A stretch of 63,810 bases of DNA, filler included, from Dimorphilus gyrociliatus (GCA_904063045.1; 4 parts of 4 records of this genome joined end to end with filler, not necessarily neighbours in it); one strand, 5' to 3'; positions 35,159 to 47,179 are shown, numbered from the whole stretch's first letter. Notes: generated by a model from the sequence alone, not told the origin. Numbers and translations: made by a program.

Positions 35159-35232
35159 GCTTCCATAGCTCAGTTGGTTAGAGCGTTGTGCTAATAACGC
35201 GAATGCCCTGGGTTCGACCCCCAGTGGGAGCA
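35159..35232 (+). tRNA. tRNA-Ile(AAT)
   Basis: Full cloverleaf: GCTTCCA/TGGGAGC acceptor, GCTC/GAGC D-stem, loop CT-AAT-AA, CTGGG/CCCAG T-stem, A73, T-run terminator. Confidence 0.92.
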
Positions 35233-35507
35233 ATTTTTTTATCCTTACGACATACACCACTTCTCTCTCAATTCCTTTTCAACGGAGTAGTAATGTTGTC
35301 GCTGGTGGTGAAAGACGCCATTTGGAATACTATTAGTCTATAATGATATTTTCTCATTTAAATCACTGACAAGAACTTATGTGCCTAATCACTAATACAT
35401 ATATCTAAAGGCAACAGAACGGAATGGTATGAAATACAAAAGTCTTGCGAACTGACAAGATGATTTTGAAGATTCGAATTGAAGCGTTCCACATTCTTGT
35501 ATTTATA

Positions 35508-38012
35508 TTATGGAGAAATGATATTGGGAAAACCTTTAAGAACATTTTGAATTTTTGTAGATTGACCTTCTGTTTGTTTACATTCTTTAAAAATAAATTT
35601 TTTAAAAGTATTTGATGATTGATTGAGACTTTCACAGATCTCAATTAATCCATTTCCGGTTCTGGTATTCCAACTAAAATCGATTTGTTGAAGATTAGAA
35701 CACTTTTTGATCAGTTTTCCAATCTCACTGCATTGATAGTCAGTTAAATCACATCTGCTAAAATCAAGATTTTTCAAAGTATTTGACGATTGGGTTAGAC
35801 CATCGCAAATCTGTTTTATTCCTTCTTTCATTTTTGCATTTCCTCGAAAATTGAATGTTTCAATTTTAGAACATTTTTTGAGCAAGTTTCCAATATTAGT
35901 AACTTGAAATTGATTAAAATCACATCGTCCAAAATCCAAAAGTTTTAAACTATTTTTTGATTGGATAAGACCATTACAAATATCTATTAGTCCTTTTTCC
36001 ATTGAATCATTCTCAAAAAAATTGATTATTTCAATGTTGGGACAATCTTTCAGTGTCATTCCAATTATTTTAGATTGTTTCTCATCTAAATTACATAGTC
36101 CAAAATCTATATGCTTTAAAGTATTTAATGATCTAATTAGACTATTACAAATCACTTTTAATCCATTTTCCATATTGTCATTCTGTTCAAATAAGATTGT
36201 TTCAATTTTTGAACAACTTTTAAAAATCTTTGAAATCATTGAACAATCTTGTTCAGTTAGTTTACAATCGCTAAAATCTAGATATTTTAAAGTATTTGAA
36301 GAATTAATTAAACTATCACAAATCCCTGAAAATTCATTTCCCATATTTCTATTATGGCTAAGATTAATTATTTCAAGTTTAGAACACGAGCTAAGCATCT
36401 TCGCAATGCAGATAGATTCATTCTCAGTTAGCTCACAAGAACTAAAATCCAGTTGTTTTAAGGTGTTTGCCGATTTATTTAGATTATTGCAAATCTCTTT
36501 TAATCCCAAATATTTACAGCAACTAAGATTAATTTTCATAATTTTTGAACAATCTTTGAGAATTATTCCAATTTTTATGCCTTGATCTGCATTCAGATTA
36601 CATAATCCAAAATCTAGTTGTTGTAAAGTATTTGTTGATTGGCGTAGACCCTCACAAATCTCTAATAATCCATTTCCCATATTTTCATTGTCATTTAAAA
36701 TGATTGTTTCGATTTTAGAGCAAGTTTTAATCATTTTTGAAATCTGTATGCATTGATACTCGGTCAGTTTGCAATGTTTAAAATTTAAATGTTTCAAAGT
36801 TTTTGATGACTTTTTAAGGCCAACGCAAATCTTGAATAATCCATTTTGCATATTTCTATTTCCACAAAAATTAATTACTTGAATTTTAGAGCAAATTTTA
36901 AGCATATTTCCAATTTTTATACATTGATAATCCTTTAAATTACACCAACTAAAATCAAGGTTATTTAAAGTGTCTGATGATTTAATAAGACTCTCGCAAA
37001 TCTGTATTAATCCATCTCCCATATTACAATTTTCAGTGAAATTGATTTTTTCAATTTTTGAACAGTTTTCAACCATGTTTGCAATCATTGAGCATTCAGC
37101 CTCAGTTAGTATACAACTACTAAAATCCAGTTCTATTAAAGTATTTAATGATTGATTGAGTTTTCTTGATAAATTTGGTAATAAATCTTCGGAAAGTTTC
37201 CTTTCTGCCTTAATAACTGTAACTAATTTATCTTTATTCCTGGAAATATTATCTACACCTGTTGTATTTTTCTTGACACTATTCACCTGTGGGCGTTCTG
37301 TTAATTGATTAATAATTGTTGTATACTTTCTTGAATCGACAGTTTGTAGTTTATAGTCGATTTTAATTGGTTTTAAAAATTTAATGCTCAAATTTTCCTT
37401 CAAAATATCTTGAACATTAGCAGGTAGAGTACAGTTTAAATTTATCAACTGCAATATAGATTTTAATTTATCTTCTCTATCAGTTGCTATTTTTAGAAAG
37501 TTAGTTCTAATTTCTCCAAATTCTTCATTAATCTTTTCAATAAAACATTTATGCATGTCATCTATCTTTTGACAAACAGATTTTATACTTTGTCTCTCTT
37601 GCTCCAAGTAGAATTGTATTTTTTCTTTCTTCTCCTCAAATAATTCAGCTGGCCAAATATCGCAATTTAAATGATTTTCTTTAAAACAGTCGACGCATAT
37701 ATTCTCAGTATTATGAGTATTACAGTAAAGAGAACTGTCTTTTTTATGCTTATTGCATAATCGTTCGATTAAGTGAAGAGAAGGGGCAAAAATATTTTTT
37801 CCAAATTTATCAACTCGGCCTTCAGGCGGTGTAAAATTTTTTCTACAAATTGGACAGGTAATTTGTAAGTTATTAACAGGTAATTTCTGTAAACATTTCA
37901 GGCAGTATGAGTGAGAACAAGGTAGCATTTTTGGATCATTTTCAACATATGACTCTTGACAAATAACACATAGAAAAGCTTCCTCTTCCATAAAATATCC
38001 TCTTGTAGCCAT
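35508..38012 (-). CDS. Intronless TRIM-like protein: RING - B-box - coiled coil - ribonuclease-inhibitor-type LRRs (834 aa)
   Basis: C3HC4 RING CVIC..LPCSHSYCLKC..CPIC; B-box CNKH..LYCNTH..ICVDCFKENH..C; heptad-rich region; then about 9.5 copies of a roughly 57-aa (28+29) LRR doublet TLxxLDFxxC...CSKIExINFxxN. Confidence 0.9.
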   Translation of the reverse strand: MATRGYFMEEEAFLCVICQESYVENDPKMLPCSHSYCLKCLQKLPVNNLQITCPICRKNFTPPEGRVDKFGKNIFAPSLHLIERLCNKHKKDSSLYCNTHNTENICVDCFKENHLNCDIWPAELFEEKKEKIQFYLEQERQSIKSVCQKIDDMHKCFIEKINEEFGEIRTNFLKIATDREDKLKSILQLINLNCTLPANVQDILKENLSIKFLKPIKIDYKLQTVDSRKYTTIINQLTERPQVNSVKKNTTGVDNISRNKDKLVTVIKAERKLSEDLLPNLSRKLNQSLNTLIELDFSSCILTEAECSMIANMVENCSKIEKINFTENCNMGDGLIQICESLIKSSDTLNNLDFSWCNLKDYQCIKIGNMLKICSKIQVINFCGNRNMQNGLFKICVGLKKSSKTLKHLNFKHCKLTEYQCIQISKMIKTCSKIETIILNDNENMGNGLLEICEGLRQSTNTLQQLDFGLCNLNADQGIKIGIILKDCSKIMKINLSCCKYLGLKEICNNLNKSANTLKQLDFSSCELTENESICIAKMLSSCSKLEIINLSHNRNMGNEFSGICDSLINSSNTLKYLDFSDCKLTEQDCSMISKIFKSCSKIETILFEQNDNMENGLKVICNSLIRSLNTLKHIDFGLCNLDEKQSKIIGMTLKDCPNIEIINFFENDSMEKGLIDICNGLIQSKNSLKLLDFGRCDFNQFQVTNIGNLLKKCSKIETFNFRGNAKMKEGIKQICDGLTQSSNTLKNLDFSRCDLTDYQCSEIGKLIKKCSNLQQIDFSWNTRTGNGLIEICESLNQSSNTFKKFIFKECKQTEGQSTKIQNVLKGFPNIISP

Positions 38013-38700
38013 TGCCGAGTTTAAAATAATTGTTTACTTGATTAAGTATTATATGGTTTCAAAATGGTTATAGATTAGTCGTATAATATCGACTATTAAT
38101 AAATATAACAGTGATTGCTTATATATTTCACAACCATTCAAGTTAAAATCGCAAACTGTGACAAATGAGGACCATATAACCATTTACCTGTGGTTATAAC
38201 TTTAAAGATGGAGTTTCCATTTATAATCAGTAGTAATAAAACAATTAAAGGTGATTAGAGATATTCATTGGTCAGTTAAAACGACAATTTATTGATTACA
38301 TAATGAAATATTGAAATATCAGTTTTATTCAACAATTTTGCTGTATATTTAATTCAGCAGCACTATTTTAAACAATGATACTGATGATAGGTCTTAAAGT
38401 TTATGGGTATTTTTTTCTTTCAAAATAGGCTTAAGATAGTACTCAGACCTATGTGAGTTAATGAACTCTGACAGTTTTAATAACGTATTTAAAATTGGGC
38501 CTCTTTTGAAGTCTTGTGATAGAGATCTATAAGTTTATTATTCTTCGTCTAGAAACAAGTTTAAAGTACGAATATATCGTAAATATAGAAACTCAATAAA
38601 TGGATATTTGTTTAGCTATTATTACAATGTCTGTTTTATCCACTTGTATTCGATTTTAAATCGCCCTTTCAAACAAATATTTTCAGACAATGACTCTTTC

Positions 38701-39684
38701 TTAGCTTAATTGGTACTTTTGATTTAGTGCTTCTCCCAAAAGTCCACCAGCAAACTTATAAGATTGAATATTATTGATGAAAACATCTAAATGTGCACCA
38801 CTCATTGAATTTATTAATTGTTTTACAAGGAATGAATGTTCCTTAATTTTTCCTTGTTTCTTCTGAACAGTGAGATGCAACATATCTTTTTCTATGTCGA
38901 CTCTAATAGATCTTCCCTTTCTTTGTGCCTCAAAAAATTGGTCACTCCATTGAATTATATTGGATTTGTGCCAAATAATCTCATCAACATTTACTTGAAG
39001 TTGTTCACCATTTATATAAAAGTGTATCTCGTGCATGTAATAATCATCTTTCAACACACCATTTATGGTAATATTCTCTTTAATATCTTCAAAAATGTGG
39101 ATTGTATCTCCCTTCGTAGAACTGACATCAAAGCAGATATTTTCAGTTCTATCCCCATTTCTTCCATCTAGAACCATATATCTAAAGTGAGGATCACCAT
39201 TACCACCAGATGGGTCAATAACTTGGACAATAGTGGCCAGATTTTTTGGTGTGGTATTTTCCATGCAATTCAATACTACAACCACAGACTCCTCAGCTTC
39301 TGTTTCAGAATCAGCTAGTAAACTAATAGACATTGTATGTTGTTGACCAGCAGCAACACTAAACGTTGTTGGTCCAAGAAAATCATAATCTGCACTTTGT
39401 TCATTTAGGCTTTTAAAACGAAAAAAGTATATTTTAAAACTGTTTCTACAATGAACATTGAAAGTTTTCCCCTACTTGCAGTCCAGTTGAAGACCTGCTG
39501 CTGAAATGACAATGGAAACTTCTACACCTTCTTCAAAAGGTCCACTTCCTACTAAAGCAGCACTCTGGGCTGATACTTTGTCAACACCTGGACAAACACG
39601 TATTGATCAGTATTGTTATATTTGTATTTATAATTACTCACCAAAACAGCAAACTAGAATTGCAATGACAAAAACAGTTTTCAT
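38701..39684 (-). CDS. Secreted protein: signal peptide - Calx-beta-like domain - GDPH - ITIH C-terminal-like domain (three exons; 3' end uncertain)
   Basis: Exons 39684-39642, 39587-39476 and 39409-38701, with GT-AG introns of 54 and 66 nt in consistent phase. MKTVFVIAILVCCFG signal; ADYDF..TFSVAAGQ..SISLLADSETEAEESVVVVL (Calx-beta pattern); GNGDPHF..NICFDV (ITI heavy-chain C-terminal pattern). Confidence 0.75.
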
Positions 39685-40115
39685 TCTGCTTCTCTTCAAA
39701 CTTTTTCAACTATTCAGAATATATTAAAATTTTACATTGAACCTTCTAATATAAATCATTTGTGAAATTGTTCTTTGAGTAGGATAATTTATTATTGTTT
39801 AGCCAATAAATATAAACTTCTAATTTTATTTCTAAATTTACCTTATAAATACATTTTTCACTTGAATATCTATATTTATTGAAAAACTAAATATAGAAAT
39901 TTTATTAATAATTTAAGTAACATTTTAAATGCTTATGAAAAATAGCCTATCAGTTTGTCAGGTGAGCAAAGCAAATGCGTAATGTCTATTTAGGTGAAAA
40001 GTCTTTAACAAAATGCCAAAGTTAAATTAATTCAAACGTAATATGCAAATGAGTATGAAATAGAAACATCTTTTAATAATTAGAATTTAGGTTGATGGTT
40101 TTCCAGTAAAGAACT

Positions 40116-40336
40116 AAGACTCTTACTCCATAAGATCGATGTAGAGTCAATTTTGCAAGGATACCGATCAAACTTGATCGTGGCAACTAAATCACGATGA
40201 TGAGGCATGGTGTCCACTACCTGAGCGTGAAGCTGATAGGAAGAGATTGCTACGCTATCTTTAACCTATCATTGAGGATCGTTCCGCCTTGAGTTATTTT
40301 AATCTTGGTGGGGGGTAGTGGCGCGGCCTGAGTGAT
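40116..40336 (+). ncRNA. U3: U3 snoRNA
   Basis: 5' AAGACT; box C' GATGATGA; box B TGAGCGTGAAG; box C TGAGGA; box D CTGA; terminal stem ATCAC/GTGAT; internal stem TGATAGG/CCTATCA; length about 220 nt. Confidence 0.9.
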
Positions 40337-40720
40337 ATTATAAATGTCAAATTATGATATTTTTCTATAATAAAGATTAATGCGTAATCTGAAATCCATA
40401 ACAGCGTATTTTTCATCTTTATCAGCTGTATTTGGACAATGCATGGAAAGGTCTTTTCTCTTTTGTAAAATTGTTCTTAAAATCATTCCCATTGTATTTT
40501 CAAAATACTAATACAATTTTCTTTTCACTTTCTAATGTCTTAAATTGTATATCATTCATATTAATACTAAAACTGATTCTTACATCTATCCATTTGTATG
40601 CTGCAAAAAACTGCCAATTAATTACCATTTAATGATGAGCAAATTGAAAATCATGCAATGTTAAATAATTATTTCTTCTCTCTCTAATAACATATGTAAC
40701 TGAAAAGACAAGTGTAAACT

Positions 40721-43260
40721 TTAAAAGAAAAAGCAACTAGAGGAAATAGAAAATAAGATTGAGATCATTTTTACATTTTGAATAATTATCCAATGATATA
40801 CTATGAACCATATCATTTCTAGGCAAGTTAATTTTTGAATAGTAATAAAAAAGAGTAGCATATTTTCTTTGAACCTCTTTTGAATTGAACGTAATTTAAT
40901 CTCACGTAATCTGGATAAAATCTCTTCGGATATAAACACTAATGGATTAATGAGAGAGTTTAACGCTGGGATGAGCGATAAAAATAGACTGTATATATCA
41001 TTTTTTTATTCTTATATTTATAAATAATGATAAAATTCCCGAGTTGAGATAAAAGTGTCAGTAGCATTTATAGGATGAAAATGGCACACCAAAAAAATGC
41101 TTTTTTATCTTCATCAAATAGGCAAATTTAATAACATTTGAAAATGTCTGAATAAAAACACTTGTCTTAATTCTCCTTAAGCTTTTTTCACCAGTTTTGT
41201 TCTGCTTAAATTGATGTACCGATTTTTTAACAATGAAGATTAAATGAATATAAAGAATTGCTATGAAACTACAAAAATTGGTATTATTATTCTAAATGAA
41301 ACAAATGATAGAATCCACCCTTTCTCTTTGTCACTTCTTATATGAATATTGAAACAAATTGGTGTATGACTGTATGCATCCTAGAATTATATAAAAGATA
41401 AAACATATTACATAGGCCTATATGTACATATATAGATACTGAATTTGCAACTAATGGAAATGTAAATGTCACCATTGACATCAATATTGCCACAATTGCC
41501 AAAAATTTGGAATGATTTATTAGAAATGAATTATTAAATGGATTTACAACTGCTTGATGTCTGTCTAATATTAGAAATATCATACTTGTTGTTGATACAA
41601 GAACTGAGAATGTTGTCACTGTTCCTAAAATTTGACATATCGTACTGTAATGCCAATATTCGTCGTATTGGAGGAAAATTCCATCGAAATATAAATCTAC
41701 AATTGCCAGTGTTAAAGCATAGATTGCTGTTAACAAATCTCTTATAATCAAAAGTATATGAAAATACTGGAATTTTTCTTTGAAGAGAAAAGAATACAAA
41801 ATGATATTGAGTTTCCAACACAACCAAACATTCCATAAAACCAGTATATGAATATTTTGAAATTTGAACTTATAAAACTTGAACACGCATTGAATACTGT
41901 TGATTATGGTTCACAGTTTAAATTATTTCCAATATACTGCCAACAAACACAGCAGAGAGAGAAACTATTTTTATAACTATTTTCACTCTCTTCAAACTTT
42001 TAAAAATGTTTGGTAGCCATATTGTTGGTATTTTTTTAATTATTAAGTACCAGAATAAAAATATTTGGAAATTTTGAAAATGTATTGCTATTTATTGTTT
42101 TTATGTGAAAGTTTGTCATTTTAAAAAATTGTAAATATTTATTATATTGAAATTGATATGAAAGTATTGAATGGATTTTAGTATTTGATATATCAATATA
42201 TGCCAAAAAAGAACTATTTAAAATATTTAAAATGATAATGACTCAATTAAATTCTTCATTACGTCTAAATAACATAAATACTTAAACGTTGTTCGAAAAA
42301 TTTACTACCAGTTTTTAAGCTATTGTCAAATAGATTTGAATAAACAAGATTTGGTAAATTGAATATAATTGAATTCCAATTTTTGTCATAATTATTATTT
42401 ATATTCATTTTAGATATTTAGTTTCATTTTGACATTTAAAATAATTTTTGTGAAAAGAACTTTTATAAATAAAGAATGATGGAATTTTTCTTGTTTTTTT
42501 CTAAATTTTTAAATATTTGAATTTATTAAAAAGATACCACAATTTAATTCATCATTACCCAAGAAACAACGATTCACACCATCACAAACCAACTCTATTG
42601 ATATACAATATTGATCTTGGGAGCAAAGGTAATATCCGGCCAAGCAAAAAGTAAATGGCATAAGTTTGACAGTTGAAGAGATCAGTAAACAATCCTCCTT
42701 TCGAATTCTTTTTCACTGTATATTCATAGTTGTTATTCTTTATATTCTCCTCAGAATTCTATCATTTCTTATGCACTGTCTTTTATCTTTACACAAGATT
42801 AAATAGGTAATTGTTTGAATAATGTTAGTGGCATTTCTATGAAAATAAACCTATCTCCTTCTGGACAAGACTTTCTAGTTACTGAATAACACCGAAAAAA
42901 AATGGTCAACATTTCCCCAAAAAACAGCTCATTACAAACCGTAATATTTCTCATCTGATCCGTCTGAAAAATCTCGAACTAAGTTACAAACAAACATAAT
43001 GTGAATGGCCTCATTTTCAGACAAGCATATAAACTTTAACACAGCTGTGATAAAAAACACCAAAGCTTTAATGAAAGAGAATGGAAATATTTGCTTTTTA
43101 TATACCTAAATCCGGCAAGAGAAAAGAGAATTCCGTTAATGTATGTGTTTCTTTGTTGCAATTAGCTTCATCATCACCATGGAAACAATCCATATTTCTA
43201 TCGCATAAGTAGCCAACATTAATAAAGATTTCAGGGTTGTAGCATAAGTAAGTATTGTCT
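40721..43260 (-). pseudogene. GRL101-like LDLa-LRR-GPCR, decayed (stops and frameshifts)
   Basis: LDLa repeats YLCDRNMDCFHGDDEANC and CLAGYYLCSQDQYCISIELVCDGVNRCFLGNDELNC; LRR remnants; TM segment DLYFDGIFLQYDEYWHYSTICQILG..LILDRHQAVVNPF; TM7 LIPALNSLINPLVF. Extent is approximate. Confidence 0.75.
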
Positions 43261-43534
43261 AGACGAAGAATATTTTAATAGAGAAAGAGAGAGAGAGATA
43301 AACCAAAAAAGTATTAAAATCACTTTTTATCTCTGATATTGACATTTCCAATTTCTCTAAAATAATACTTTCTATCCAAATGAAAATACAAACAAACAAA
43401 ACCCATTGAGTAGTTTTTTGTAATTGTTCTCATACTTTTCATTTTTTGACATATTGTCCTTGATGTCATAACTTTGTGACAGTCAACATCTTTCAAATCA
43501 AGTTCAAATGTTTCTCCAATTAACTATATATATA

Positions 43535-44450
43535 TAAAGTAAAGGCCTAAAATACCAGGCACAGTAAATTTTGATAGGCCGAACATTAAAAATCTTTTTC
43601 ATTATCAAAAAAGATGTTTTTTCTATATTTTAGCTATGAAATATCACGTGAAACTTGGATCTACATATAAATTTCTATCAAATAGTATTTAGACAAGTTT
43701 TTACATCACTTTTTACGTTTTTATATTATTTTTGATAAGTTTTCTTTTTTGACTGTAAGTCATATTAATCTGGACAATGGTTTGGGGACCAAATTTTTTT
43801 TATTTTTGAATTTGACAACCTTCTTTCTCAATGCACCTACTTATCCTATCCCCCATTTAGCATAAAGATTTGGTAGCATTATCTTGTTGGAAGATGTAAT
43901 CTCTCCCCATTTTATCTGAGATTTCTTCTATAACTGGGAGGACAACTTCAACAGCAAAACTAGAGTAAGTTTGTGCTTTTAATTTTTTGCTTACCCTCCA
44001 GACTTCAAACACACCATCTGAGGTTATTAGTCCCCAAACCATTACTCCACCTTTTCCCATATTTTTCGTCAACCTCAACACATTTTCACTTTCATTTGTC
44101 CAGATCCTGAAGTCATCAGGACCAGTCAGTGAAAACCTTGCCTCATCTTAAAATATCACTCTGGACCAATCTAAATTATCCCAAATAGTTTTTAGACAAT
44201 ACTGTTTTCTTCTTTTACAGTCATTGCTTGTCAAATTAACTCTTTATTGAATTCTTTTATACTTAAAATTTTGCTATTTCAGCTCGCTCTGAATTGTCTT
44301 AAGGCATACATCTACCTCCAATTCATTTAAAATTTTCCCTGCTGTCACCCTTCCCTTGTTTCTTTTAAGCCTCTTGATGATCATACTCATTCTTGCCAAG
44401 ACTCTTTCTGTGACTCTCTTTGGATGACCCCTAATTTAAAAGCTGTTTTT
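43535..44450 (-). mobile_element. Truncated Tc1/mariner-superfamily element
   Basis: Fragments GHPKRVT, WSRVIF*DEARFSLTGPD, GGVMVWGLI and YIFQQDNA. The terminus (TA)n-TAAAGT..CACAGTAAATTTTGATAGGCC recurs at about 47375-47423. Confidence 0.7.
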
Positions 44451-45649
44451 TAAAATTTTCATCATTAATTCTTTTTTTAAATTTACTATAATTTTTCATC
44501 TCTTCACATTTGGGTGTTAAAAGACCAATTTTTAATCTTTTCACTTGTTTATTAATAGTAATTAATTAGAATGTTGGAAATTTTCTAGAAAAGGACTCTA
44601 ATAGAAGAATGTTACTAATTATTCAATACAAGTCATATTTTTGCTTTTACTTCATTAATAGAATATTTTACACTGCAGGAACCAGTTACCAGCAGCATAG
44701 ATAATTGATTACAAATGTAATAACACCCATTTAATGGCGTCATATTTGAAAGCTTGAAATATGCTTGCATAGCGTCAAAGGTTTTTGAGTAGAATAGATA
44801 TGTTCATTTATGTTTTAATGTAGATATTTCCAGATTTATTCTTAATTGAAACACTTTCTCTTCACTGAAAATTCTATATATAACCTTAAATTCTTAGAGG
44901 AAAGAAAAAGTTTAAATATGATGAAAGTCAAAATGGAAAAGATGAAATATTCTTTTTTTAACATTTTGAAATGGCGCCGAAAGAAGAAATAATATTTCTA
45001 AAGTAACTGTTTTTTTAAGAGAAACAAAAGGAAATTGTTTATGTCCCTTGACACGGAGTGTAGCTAGATTTTTTTTCTTCTGATAGAATATGAACAATTC
45101 ACATTGTTTAATAGACTTTTCATTGTGTTGAAGCAAAATGAAAGAATTTTTGACCTAAACAGTGATGATTAAAGTATGAATGGAATGAATCATAACCAAA
45201 TTTTGAACAGATTTGTTGACTGAATCCATAAGGTATGTTTGTTTGAGCATATTCGAAATACCTTGAAAAATTCTCTCTAGAATATTGAACCGTAACAATT
45301 CTAATAACAAATCTATCAGTGTCTTAAATAATCTTTAATGTTAGATTGGCTCTTGTATAATGTTCCATTCCAATAGCTTTTTAGGAGTAATTTTCATTTG
45401 ATTACATGAGAATAAGAATTAGAGGGAAAGTGATGCGATTCAATCATACTAACTCGATCGTGGTAAACCTTTACAAATTGGCCTTCCTATCATAATATTT
45501 TCTTTCACTTTTCCAATTTGTAGATTACATTTCAGAATTATTCCATTTTATATTTGGCAATCTTTTATATATGAATGATTATTCTGAATATTAAGAATAA
45601 AAACTGGTTATATATTTTGCCTTATTCGTTTATTGGATAGATGGAAAAC

Positions 45650-45750
45650 GAATTTGTAGAATTTGTAGAACCCGGGTATGGTTTCACCCGCTACCGAGAG
45701 CGGTGTGGTTAAATGTAAACTGCCGTGAGGAAGTTTACATTCTTTTTTTT
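45650..45750 (+). ncRNA. Candidate unidentified small structured RNA (two hairpins followed by a T-run)
   Basis: GC-rich island in AT-rich DNA: stem CCGCT/AGCGG (45688-45703), perfect 10-bp stem AATGTAAACT/AGTTTACATT (45712-45741), T8 at 45743-45750, and tandem AATTTGTAG upstream. Confidence 0.4.
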
Positions 45751-47179
45751 CTTTTCTGAGTAATCTTGACCTTAATTTACCAGAAAGGAAACTGCTATAA
45801 AATACTATCAGTATACTTCTTTTTGAATGTTTTTAACTTACCTATCCATTTGTTGAAAGATATATCAACTTTTGAAATATTAGTATTATGGCTAATGATA
45901 AATCCATTAAAAAACAACAATATATATATATATATATATATACAGTATATTACTACTTAAAGGGTTGTCAACATTTTTAAGTATAATGATTGTATATATA
46001 TCTAAAAAGATATATATATTGTTATTTATGATACGAAATGCATGTTTCAATTATGAATTTCAATATATAAATAATGATCAATTTGGCCTAGATATCTTAA
46101 AGGAAAATCAAGTGTCCAGCCTAGGTCTTTTATACTTAAAACGGGCAAATTCAAATAAGAATTATACTGTTAAATATTTATCTTTTAACTTTGAAATATT
46201 AAATTTTGTTTGTCATAAATTAAATTATGACAGAATTCATTCAATTGGTTTTAAATGTTTATTTCCTAAAAGAAAATATTTTGCAAAATATAGTAAAAGT
46301 GAAGCTGGAATTTTTAATAAGTTAAGCCTGTTTCTTTGAGTTTTTATCTTTTAAAATCATAATTTCTACTAATTTACTCTTTCCTTATAGAGTCTTATCA
46401 TCAGAAACTACCAAATCTGGATTATGTTTGAAATGTTTCAAGAAAAATTCCAAATGTTCCTAAAATAGATACTTGCTGAAAAAATTTAATATTATATTTT
46501 GTTTTCTTTAGATATTTTTGCATTAAAGTCGAATTTAAAGACGAGGAGAAAATTTCTATTATTTTTGAGTAGTTTTGAAAAAATTTATCAAATTTTTCAA
46601 AACGAAAAAGAAAATATTGAAATTTGCGATAAAGCTGAATTTTTTATTCGAAATATTAGTAATGTTAAAAAAAGAATTGAAGATCAGAAATATTGTATTT
46701 TGAATAGAAATATGAGCTGTTCAATTTTTCAATTAAGGACAAGAAACACTACCTTTTCACAATATAAATGCATTTTCTCACAACTTAAAGGTTTCTTTGC
46801 GTATTATTTGTTTGAGAAAGCTTGCAAAAAAAAGTGTTATTTGACCCAGTTTATTAAATAATTCAAATAGATTTGAAATTTCAAGATCCAAGAAGGAAAT
46901 CTTCATTACAGATAAATAACAAACAAATAAAGCTTTCAGTTAAATTTCCATCTTATTTCGGTAATTCAAAAACTTTTGGATATTTTAAATTAACACTTCG
47001 TAAAAAGCATCACAATTTGAAGACTAATATGCTTCTTCTCCGAGCAATATGTTCGTTCTTCAATATGTCATTGGTTCCCTTGAAGTTGACAACTAAGTCA
47101 TCGTTTAACTATCAAGTAATATTAGGGTTAGGGTGAGGCGTCTTTTTCGTTGTTCTATCTGAGTTTTTTTTTAGAATAT

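Noticed and set aside
2375-36585. Antisense ORFs overlapping real genes (2375-2785, 2485-2670, 6718-6978, 9497-9730, 10667-10888, 12273-12551, 15471-15773, 20047-20358, 21172-21408, 24950-25132, 35405-35644, 36022-36585) and similar ones later (36970-37155, 38836-39171, 51318-51506, 53787-54149)
   Set aside because: They are shadow frames of well-supported opposite-strand genes and have no motifs.
45670-45745. Hammerhead or HDV-like ribozyme reading of the hairpin island
   Set aside because: The minus strand has GAAAC and TCCTCAC, but no CTGANGA core and no consistent P1/P2/P3 pairing.
33380-47135. TTAGGG-like motifs (about 33375-33390, 47125-47135) as telomere sequence
   Set aside because: Only 1-2 units each, and the first lies inside a MITE; not an array.
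45965-47136. Three consecutive plus-strand ORFs as a gene
   Set aside because: AT-rich with no clear domain; they may be a decayed receptor N-terminus, but the evidence is too weak.
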